Shown piece by piece: positions 56,361 through 64,000 of a stretch of DNA of 64,000 nt (its first letter is position 1; each line of letters starts with the position of its first letter). Location: assembly GCA_965204745.1 (NCBI GenBank), contig OZ242010.1, forward strand, positions 4,800,001 to 4,864,000, written 5' to 3'. The translations under genes were made by a program, and so were the position numbers. The notes under the pieces are model-generated. The model did not search any database and had not been told where the DNA came from. It saw only the letters and a program-made list of their open reading frames with translations. The DNA comes from Candidatus Latescibacterota bacterium. Its GTDB lineage: Bacteria; Latescibacterota; UBA2968.

Positions 56361-56796
56361 GGGACCTATCCCCCGGCCCCTTTCCTATGAGGAAAGGGGA
56401 GTAAAGTCCCTTTGATGGCTTAGAGCTATGGTTGCTCTGATGGCGTTGACCGAGGGCATAAAGCGATTAAAAATCCCCCATCAATACCCTCGCAGAACCG
56501 CTCACCATTCCCCCCTTCCTCGCAGGAAGGGGGGCCAGGGGGGTAGGTCCCGATAGGGCATAAAGCGACTAAAAATCCCTCATCAATACCCTCGCAGAAC
56601 CGCTCACCATTCCCCCCTTCCTCGCAGGCACAGGCGTAGCCTACAACGAAGCGAAGCGAGTAACGGGGGCCAGGGGGGTAGGTCCCGAATGAAACGAGCC
56701 TCTCTTAGTTGACCCTTGAGACGTGACCGAGCGGGATTGAATCCACCGAGTAGCGAAAGGACAAGGGCGCGATGGATTCAACGCTTTATTCGCATT
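56361..56796. repeat. Palindromic REP/MITE cluster with ~75-nt direct duplication and IS-end motif
   Basis: GGGACCTATCCCCC...GGGGGTAGGTCCC ends; AGGGCATAAAGCGA...CCTTCCTCGCAGG occurs twice; 56755-56796 matches 31343-31384 at 37/42. Confidence 0.8.
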
Positions 56797-56839
56797 TTTA
56801 GGTTGTCCGTTTTCACCCCTCAACACAGGAGCGTGTGTT

Positions 56840-58147
56840 ATGATGTCTCGCATTTTGTTTGGTCTGATCGTCCTCGCCATGGGCTGTGGCCCTGCGGACT
56901 CTCCCATACCTGCAAAGCCCACGATCACAATTTGGTGGGCGCAGTGGGATCCAGCAGACGGACTTCAAGAATTGGGCGACGAGTTTGAGCGGGAAACCGG
57001 CATCGCCGTGAAAGTCCACCAGATCCCTTGGCCGTCTTATCAGGATCAGGTCTTCCTCAACTTCGGCAACAACCAAACGGACTTCGACATCGTGATCGGC
57101 GATAGCCAGTGGATTGGCCGCGGCGCGACCCGCGGCCTGTACGTCGATCTGACCGACTGGCTGCCCACGGCTGTTGACTTGGACAAAATCCACCCCCGCG
57201 CAGCGCGGTACTTGTGCGAATACCCGCCCGGCAGTGGCAAGTTTTACGCCGCGCCCTGCGAGACGGACGCGGTCGGCTTTGTGTACCGCAAGGACTGGTT
57301 TGAAGACCCGGCCGAAAAAGCCGCGTTCAAAGCGAAATACGGGCGCGACTTGGCCGTTCCGGACACATGGGATCAATTCCGCGACTTGGCCGAATTTTTT
57401 TATCGGCCCGATCAAAAGCAATACGGCTGCGCCCTGCTCACGGGCCGAGGGTATGATTCGATGACCATGGGCTTTCAGATGTTCATGTGGGGATTTGGCG
57501 GGTCGTGGGGCGAGTTCGGCGAGTTTGCGGTGGATGGTCATGTCAACAAGCCCGAAGTGGCGACTGCCCTCGCGTACTTCAAAAGCCTGCTGAAATTCGG
57601 CCCCAATGGCGCGACCAATTTCGACTACGGCAAGACCTTTGAAGCGTTTATCAACGGGTCAACCGCGATGAGCATGAACTACTTCGCGTTTTACCCCGGC
57701 ATCGTCAAACAGATGGGCGACAAGGCCGGGTTTTTCATGGTGCCCAAAGCCGGCGACAAGCGCGTGGTGAGCTTGGGCGGGCAGGGGTTCAGCATCTCCA
57801 CCAAAACCTCCGCAGACCAGCAGGAGCTGGCAAAAAAATTCATCGCGTGGTTTTTGCAAACCGATATTCAAAAAAAGTGGATCACCAAAGACGCGGGGTT
57901 CACCGCCAACACGGACATTCTCAACAGCGACGCGTTTCAAAACGCATCGCCGTATAACCGCGCCTTTGCCGAATCCCTCGACCACCTGCAAGACTTTTGG
58001 AACGCGCCCGTGTACAATGAACTGCTCGCGGTTTCGCAACGCTATTTGGGCGAAGCCATCGACGGCGTGACGCCCGATAGGGAAGCCCTTGACAAAATCG
58101 CCGCGGAACACGAGCAAATTTTCAAAGACGCGGGCTTGTCAAAATAA
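56840..58147 (+). CDS. Sugar ABC transporter substrate-binding lipoprotein
   Basis: Lipobox AMGC, YRKDWF, PDTWDQF...AEFF and LGGQGFSI. Confidence 0.88.
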   Translation: MMSRILFGLIVLAMGCGPADSPIPAKPTITIWWAQWDPADGLQELGDEFERETGIAVKVHQIPWPSYQDQVFLNFGNNQTDFDIVIGDSQWIGRGATRGLYVDLTDWLPTAVDLDKIHPRAARYLCEYPPGSGKFYAAPCETDAVGFVYRKDWFEDPAEKAAFKAKYGRDLAVPDTWDQFRDLAEFFYRPDQKQYGCALLTGRGYDSMTMGFQMFMWGFGGSWGEFGEFAVDGHVNKPEVATALAYFKSLLKFGPNGATNFDYGKTFEAFINGSTAMSMNYFAFYPGIVKQMGDKAGFFMVPKAGDKRVVSLGGQGFSISTKTSADQQELAKKFIAWFLQTDIQKKWITKDAGFTANTDILNSDAFQNASPYNRAFAESLDHLQDFWNAPVYNELLAVSQRYLGEAIDGVTPDREALDKIAAEHEQIFKDAGLSK

Positions 58148-58169
58148 CCCATCACCACGAGGAAACCCA

Positions 58170-59204
58170 ATGTCCTCTTTCAAAACACCACGAGACATCA
58201 AAGTGGGCGTGATCGGCTATGGCGGCGCGTTCAACATGGGCCGCCAGCACCTCGCGTTCATGAAACAGGCAGGCATGACGCCCGTCGCGGTTGCAGAACT
58301 CGACGAGACGCGCTTGAAAGTCGCAAGCCGAGAATTTCCCGGCATCGAGACGTACACCTCTGTGTCTGCGATGCTCGATCAGTCCGATGTGAACCTCGTC
58401 GTCGTCATCACCCCGCACAACACGCACGCCGAGTTGGCCTTGCAATGCCTGCGTGCGGGCCGGCATGTGATCAGCGAAAAGCCCCTGGCCATCACCACGG
58501 CGGAATGCGACGCGATGATCCGCGAGGCCAATGCGCGCGACCTCCTGCTTTCCACCTATCACAACCGGCACTGGGATGGCTGTATTCTCGAGGCCCTCGA
58601 CCAAATTCACACGCGCAAGGTCATCGGCGAGGTCTATCGCATCGAGGCCCACATGGGCGGGTACAATCGCCCGGGGGATTGGTGGCGCAGCAGCAAGAGC
58701 ATTTCCGGGGGGATTCTCTACGATTGGGGCGTTCACCTGCTCGAATACGCGCTCCAGATATTAGACGCGGAGATCGTGGAGGTCATGGGCTTCTCGCACA
58801 CGGGCTTTTGGGCGGATCAAACCCGGTGGCAGGCCGATACCAACGAGGACGAAGCCACGGCTATCGCGCGCTTCAAAAACGGCACCTGGATCAACCTCAC
58901 CATGTCGAGCATCGCATCCGCCCCCCGCAAGGGCTGGCTCGAAGTCATCGGCACCGAGGGCACCTATACCTTCGATGGCGGCACCTATCAAATCGCGCAA
59001 AAGAAGGGCGAGCAAACCGAGGTCACCTCGGGCAAAAATCCCAGCAACCAATACGAGCGGTATTACGACAACATCGCCGCCCACCTCGCGACGGGCGAGG
59101 CCCTGATCATCACCCCAGAATGGTCGCGCCGCCCCATTCACATCCTCGACCTCGCCTGCCAAAGCGCGGCCCGCGGGCAGACGCTCAGGGCGAAATACGC
59201 ATAA
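58170..59204 (+). CDS. Gfo/Idh/MocA oxidoreductase
   Basis: GVIGYG, TPHNTH, EKP, HNRHWD and GGILYDWGVH. Confidence 0.92.
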   Translation: MSSFKTPRDIKVGVIGYGGAFNMGRQHLAFMKQAGMTPVAVAELDETRLKVASREFPGIETYTSVSAMLDQSDVNLVVVITPHNTHAELALQCLRAGRHVISEKPLAITTAECDAMIREANARDLLLSTYHNRHWDGCILEALDQIHTRKVIGEVYRIEAHMGGYNRPGDWWRSSKSISGGILYDWGVHLLEYALQILDAEIVEVMGFSHTGFWADQTRWQADTNEDEATAIARFKNGTWINLTMSSIASAPRKGWLEVIGTEGTYTFDGGTYQIAQKKGEQTEVTSGKNPSNQYERYYDNIAAHLATGEALIITPEWSRRPIHILDLACQSAARGQTLRAKYA

Positions 59205-59355
59205 TGCGTGTGTCGCGCTCAATTCCTATCAACGAAACAGAAATGCAACGTTGCGTTCACCAGTGAACCCCGTACATTTTTTTTGACAATCGTCTCCGCC
59301 TTTGTATTTTTTGTTAATCTTTTTGCATTTATTTTCTTTGAAGGAGGGGTGAACC

Positions 59356-59963
59356 ATGTCGAATATCATCATATCAGCACTTGTGTGTGGAGCGTTGTTC
59401 GCGTGGATTGTGTTTTGTGCATTCTCCATTGCTCAAAGGCTTTACAAGGCGTGTTCGCTTTTATACGTCAGTACCACCAGGGCCGCCAATGATAACGACA
59501 AGGCGGTTCAGCACTTTATCGACCTGTTGAACGAAGCAAAAAAGAAAATGACCATCTACGATGATGGCAATGACATGGACGGATCCGCGTACAAGGATAC
59601 CAGAGTCATCGATGCTGTACGTAGAAAGTTGGATCAGAACCCGATTTTGAGATGCAGTGCTTCTTTAACTATGACCACGACTTGCCTTTCAGAAAAGCGT
59701 TTGGCAACCATCCCCGGGTAGATATTCGGACAGGCGGTGGTTTGGGAGGACGAGACGTTCACTACAAGATCATCGATGACGGCAAGAAAGCCTATCTGTC
59801 GCGGCATGACTTAGGTGATAGCAACCGCAGTTTCAAGCAGATCGATTGCACCGAGGTTCCAGAACGTCATTTGAAATATGTGACGGATGCTGTCCTCGGC
59901 GAATACAAAGAAGATATTGAACGCAAGTTCAGTTCATCTAACACTGCTAATTTGAACCAGTAG
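59356..59963 (+). pseudogene. TM-anchored PLD-like (HxK) domain protein split by a 1-bp frameshift at ~59642
   Basis: Adding one C joins the ORFs as ...DQNPDFEMQCFF.... Motifs LLNEAKKKMTIY and HYKIIDDGKKAYLS. GGAGGGG SD. Confidence 0.55.
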
Positions 59964-59966
59964 TAG

Positions 59967-60308
59967 GTGCCAATGCCCGAATTTCCACCGATGCAACTCT
60001 ACATCACTTTGGCTATCGCCGTTTCCATAGCGGCGATAGCTTCCGCGTTTATTCGCCAACCGATTGCGGGTTCCATTTCTAAAAAGAGAATGTTATTTTC
60101 TTTAACGGGACTGTATATATTTTTTTGGGCGGCTTGGCTTCATCTGTGTTTCTACTTGTCTTGGCAAATCGTCTCTCAATTTCCAATATTCGATATTGCC
60201 AATGCCAACCGCGCTTTTCACCTGTTCGTACTGGGAGGCATCGGTACCATGAGCTCTATTCTTCTTGAGAAAATACTAGAGATAAGGATCGATGTTTCTG
60301 CACCTTAG
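59967..60308 (+). CDS. Small membrane protein (3 predicted TM helices)
   Basis: Three hydrophobic segments; starts 3 nt after the upstream stop; AT-rich. Confidence 0.6.
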   Translation: MPMPEFPPMQLYITLAIAVSIAAIASAFIRQPIAGSISKKRMLFSLTGLYIFFWAAWLHLCFYLSWQIVSQFPIFDIANANRAFHLFVLGGIGTMSSILLEKILEIRIDVSAP

Positions 60309-60420
60309 CCACTTACGCTCCAGATTATTTCGTACTGACAAAAAAACGGCCCGTGTCTCTCGACATAGGCCGATTTAATATATTGTATTTTGGGTTTGTA
60401 CAAAAGCAGGAGAAATTGAA

Positions 60421-61692
60421 ATGATTCGGCTTGTTGAAGCATTGAATTACCGTTGCTTGGCTTATATCAGCCAACCCCTATACCCGTTTCATGTCCTCGT
60501 TGGACCGAACGCATCTGGCAAAAGTACATTTCTCGACGTGCTCGGGTTGATTCGAGATTTTTTGACCATGGGATTGGACAGTGCGATTCTGACACGAGAA
60601 GGACACAGCGGGCGCGCAAGCCGAGTGGAAGAACTTTTTTTTAATCAACAAGGCGACCGATTTGAAATTGCTGTTGAACTCTCCGTGCCAAATTCAATAA
60701 AAAATAAAACGCGAAATGGTCAACACCGCGTCGCACGATATGAAATCGCCTTGGGAAAGGCAGAGAGAAGCGATGAATTGGCGATCATTGAAGAGTCTCT
60801 TTGGCTTTGTCCGAAACCGCAAACTCGGCGGGCGAGGTATTCCCCTACTCTGTTTCCCGTTGAACCAGCGCGACCAAATAGTATCATGACCAAACGCGCA
60901 GATAAGGGATGGAAAAAAATCATCGCCAAAACGAAAAAGGGCAACGACCATTTTTATTCCGAAAGGGGCAATTGGACGAGTTCTTTCCGAATTGGCCCAA
61001 GGCGTGCGGCACTGTCCAACCTTCCCGAAGATCACGAACGGTTTCCCATTGCTCTGTGGACGCGAAATTTGTTGATGGAAGGGATTCGCGCTTTAGCCCT
61101 CAACACTGCTGCAATGCGCCGTCCATCAAGCCCATCAACTTCGCGTTCATTCCGCGTGGATGGTTCAAATTTACCCCTGGTTTTGCGCGACTTTCGCAGG
61201 GATCATCCAACCGAGTTTTGCGATTGGCTCGAACACATTCGCACTGTTTTGCCCGATATTGAGACCGTCGATGTTGTCGAAAGAGCAGAAGACCGCAATC
61301 TCTATCTCGCACTGCGTTCTGCTCGCCTTAAAAACCCAGTCCCATCGTGGCTATTGTCCGATGGCACCTTGCGCTTGTTGGCTTTAACCCTGTTGGCTTA
61401 TCTGCCGCACAACCGGGAAATATACGCGATTGAGGAGGCTGAAAACGGCGTCCATCCACGCGCCATAGAAGGGGTTTTTGAGTCGCTCTCGTCGGTTTAC
61501 GATGGGCAAATTCTCATTGCAACGCATTCGCCCCTCATCGTTGGTTTAGCCAAGCCCGAACAAATTCTCTGCTTTGAAAAAAATCCTTCGGGTGCGACCT
61601 CAATTGTGCTTGGCAACGAACATCCAAAGCTCAGAGATTGGCGAGGAACTATCGACATCGGGACGCTCTACGCGGCGGGAGTTTTGGGATGA
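60421..61692 (+). CDS. ABC-type (AAA_21) ATPase, MAD3-like
   Basis: GPNASGKST, DGSNL, LSDGTLRLLAL, IEEAENGVHP, ATHSP and C-terminal YAAGVLG. Confidence 0.85.
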   Translation: MIRLVEALNYRCLAYISQPLYPFHVLVGPNASGKSTFLDVLGLIRDFLTMGLDSAILTREGHSGRASRVEELFFNQQGDRFEIAVELSVPNSIKNKTRNGQHRVARYEIALGKAERSDELAIIEESLWLCPKPQTRRARYSPTLFPVEPARPNSIMTKRADKGWKKIIAKTKKGNDHFYSERGNWTSSFRIGPRRAALSNLPEDHERFPIALWTRNLLMEGIRALALNTAAMRRPSSPSTSRSFRVDGSNLPLVLRDFRRDHPTEFCDWLEHIRTVLPDIETVDVVERAEDRNLYLALRSARLKNPVPSWLLSDGTLRLLALTLLAYLPHNREIYAIEEAENGVHPRAIEGVFESLSSVYDGQILIATHSPLIVGLAKPEQILCFEKNPSGATSIVLGNEHPKLRDWRGTIDIGTLYAAGVLG

Positions 61693-62303
61693 AACAAAAA
61701 CCGAAACCGTTGATTGTATTGACAGCGGACACGCAACAAAAACAAACCGTTGCGACCCTGTTAAGTCATCGGTGGCAATCTCTTGGAATTCGCCAGATAC
61801 AACCGGAAATTTTTTTGCACCCGCGCCGTGATCCCGGGGTTTATCACGAGGCGGGGAATTTCCTCGCGCCATTTGCCAAACAGTATCGATATGCACTTGT
61901 GCTGATCGATGCCGAATGGGACGGTAGCCCGGATGCCGCAAACATCCAAAAAAAGATCCAATCTGATTTGGATGAAAATGGCTGGAAAGGACGCAGTGCA
62001 GTCATTGTGATCGATCCCGAACTCGAAATTTGGGTGTGGAGTCGCTCGCCTCATGTTCCAGAATTGCTGAACGCGACTTGGCAAACAATCCTAACAATGG
62101 GGCGACAAAAAGCGTACTGGACAGCGAATGAGCGCAAGCCGACCCGTCCCAAGGAGTTGTTGGAGGCCGTATTGCGCCACACCAAGAAAAAGCGTTCGTC
62201 TTCGCTGTTTGTCCGCCTCGCCCAAAAGGTCGGTTTGGATGCCTGCGAAGACGAATCGTTTAACCGTTTCCGCCATGTGCTCTGTGAGTGGTTCGCCGAT
62301 TAG
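61689..62303 (+). CDS. MAD4-like (DUF4276/TOPRIM-like) protein
   Basis: LTAD, HPRRDPGV, DAEWDG, IDPELEIWVW, KPTRPKE, RSS and C.D.SF...L..WF. ATGA overlap with the ATPase. Confidence 0.75.
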   Translation: MKQKPKPLIVLTADTQQKQTVATLLSHRWQSLGIRQIQPEIFLHPRRDPGVYHEAGNFLAPFAKQYRYALVLIDAEWDGSPDAANIQKKIQSDLDENGWKGRSAVIVIDPELEIWVWSRSPHVPELLNATWQTILTMGRQKAYWTANERKPTRPKELLEAVLRHTKKKRSSSLFVRLAQKVGLDACEDESFNRFRHVLCEWFAD

Positions 62304-62323
62304 ACAAGACGGAAATCACAGCC

Positions 62324-64000
62324 CTACTTTTGCGTGCTCGAGTCATGACTTGAGCGCGTTTTTTCGATGTGGAAGGTCGCCGAGTGTCCGTCGAGATCAA
62401 TCGCATCGCCCACCACATCGTCTGCGCGATCTAGCGCGGTGCAGAGCGTTTCGCCCATGATATAATCCCGGAACTGCTCGAGCGCGGGGGCCAATGCGTC
62501 TGCTGCGCGATACGTCACGCGGATGCGATCCGCAACATCCAATCCCCTCGCTTTGCGGAGGTTTTGAATGACGTGGACGACCTCGCGCGCGCGGCCTTCG
62601 CGCACCAAATTTTCATCCCGGTTCAAATCCAATGCCACCGTGATATCGCCCTCATTCGCCACGGCCATGCCCGGTTTCTCCTCGCGCTGGATGAGAATGT
62701 GATCCGCCGTGAGCGCGAAGGGCGCCGCGCCATCCAATTCCATGGTGATCGCATTGCCCGCGCGCAAAAACTGGATTTCCTCAAAGCCGAGGCCGGCGAT
62801 TTTCTGGGCGGCCACTTTCATGTGTTTGCCCAAGCGCGGCCCCAACGCCCTGAAGTTGGCCTTTGCCGACAGGGTGACCACGTCCTCCTCATTGGCGCGA
62901 ATCTCCACGCGCTTCACATTCAACTCATCCGCGACGATGTCTCGCAGTGCCATGAGGTCTGCGCGCACGTCGTCGTGCAACGACATGAGAATGGCTTGGC
63001 GCAACGGGTGGCGGGTCTTGGCATGGGCTTGGCTTCGCAAGTACCTGCCCAAGCCGACGGCGGTTCGGGTGCGCGCCATCTGCCGTTCGAGTTTCTCGTC
63101 GAGATCCGCTTCGATCACCGCGGGATAATCGCACAGGTGAACGGATGTGGGCATCTCGTCCGAGCGCAAATTCCGATAGATGGTCTCCGTGACAAAGGGC
63201 GCGAACGGGGCGAGTGCTTTGACCAGCGTCAACAACACATGGTAGAGGGTCGCATAAGCCGCGCGCTTATCCCCATCGCGCTCGGTCTTCCAAAATCGCC
63301 GCCGGCTACGCCGGATATACCAGTTGGTCATATCGTCGATAAAGGTCGCAAATCGCACGGCCGCGGTCTGCAAGTGACAGCGGTCCAAGCCCTGCCGAAT
63401 ATCGCGCACCAGATGGTTTAAGCGGGCGCGAATCCAGCGGTCGAGCGGATGAGCTGAGCGTTCAAAAGTGGGCTGCCAGTTGTCGATGCGCGCGTACGTG
63501 ACGAGAAAGCTGTACGCGTTCCACAAGGGCAGGATCACGCTCCGCATCGTCTTTTGCACGCCTTTTTCCGAAAAGACGAGGTCTTCGCCGCGCACCACAG
63601 GGGAAGACAGCATGTTGAGGCGCAGGGCGTCCGCGCCATAAGTGTTCATCACTTGCATGGGATCCGCGTAATTTTTCAACCGCTTGGACATTTTGCGCCC
63701 ATCGTCGGTCAAAATCATGCCATTGACCACGACGTTCTTGAACGCGGGCCGGTCGAACAGAGCCGCGCCGAGCACCACGAGGGTGTAGAACCAACCGCGC
63801 GTTTGATCCAAGCCCTCGGCGATGAAATCCGCGGGGAAATGCGCGTCCAGCCAGTCCTCGTTTTCAAACGGGTAATGGCGTTGGGCATAAGGCATCGCGC
63901 CGCTTTCAAACCAGCAGTCGAGCACTTCGGGCACGCGGGTCAGCGGCCCGGTCTCGCCTTCGATGATCACGGGATCCATAAAGTGTTTGTGGATGTCGTC
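62324..64000 (-). CDS. ileS: Isoleucine--tRNA ligase, type 2 (5' part outside window)
   Basis: DCWFESGAMPYAQ.HYPFEN, AEGLDQTRGWFY, KMSKR and NWYIRRSRRRFW. Confidence 0.96.
   Translation of the reverse strand, partial: DDIHKHFMDPVIIEGETGPLTRVPEVLDCWFESGAMPYAQRHYPFENEDWLDAHFPADFIAEGLDQTRGWFYTLVVLGAALFDRPAFKNVVVNGMILTDDGRKMSKRLKNYADPMQVMNTYGADALRLNMLSSPVVRGEDLVFSEKGVQKTMRSVILPLWNAYSFLVTYARIDNWQPTFERSAHPLDRWIRARLNHLVRDIRQGLDRCHLQTAAVRFATFIDDMTNWYIRRSRRRFWKTERDGDKRAAYATLYHVLLTLVKALAPFAPFVTETIYRNLRSDEMPTSVHLCDYPAVIEADLDEKLERQMARTRTAVGLGRYLRSQAHAKTRHPLRQAILMSLHDDVRADLMALRDIVADELNVKRVEIRANEEDVVTLSAKANFRALGPRLGKHMKVAAQKIAGLGFEEIQFLRAGNAITMELDGAAPFALTADHILIQREEKPGMAVANEGDITVALDLNRDENLVREGRAREVVHVIQNLRKARGLDVADRIRVTYRAADALAPALEQFRDYIMGETLCTALDRADDVVGDAIDLDGHSATFHIEKTRSSHDSSTQK

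Noticed and set aside
56361-56700. Possible CRISPR array
   Set aside because: Only two long direct repeats with no regular unique spacers and no cas genes; fits a REP/MITE cluster.
56840-58147. Sugar-binding protein without permease genes
   Set aside because: Orphan solute-binding proteins are common, so this is not notable alone.

Overview
A GC-rich bacterial window. Gene content suggests an FCB-related candidate lineage such as Latescibacterota or Handelsmanbacteria, possibly a sponge symbiont (inference). It holds housekeeping genes (proS, partial type-2 ileS, tRNA-Glu, larE, ltaE, sixA) and many sugar or amine catabolic enzymes. Accessory blocks: (i) a decaying ~9 kb island (M16 peptidase pair, Cys-rich protein, cNMP-C39 peptidase ABC exporter, HlyD, PpiC-like protein) between two toxin-antitoxin remnants; (ii) an outer-membrane operon of beta-barrel, TonB-dependent receptor, secreted protein with a T9SS-like C-terminal domain and PorV-family barrel, followed by a large inner-membrane protein; (iii) a ~2000-aa surface protein with an in-frame 19-nt C tract between two SD-bearing starts, which shares a dockerin-like C-terminal tag with a nearby S41 peptidase; (iv) a stand-alone MAD3/MAD4-like defence pair preceded by a frameshifted TM-PLD-like gene. 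Non-coding features include a promoter- and terminator-bounded ~90-nt candidate sRNA, IS-end and MITE families, and mosaic heptamer-repeat elements. No CRISPR array or rRNA was seen. All family calls come from motif recognition, not database searches.
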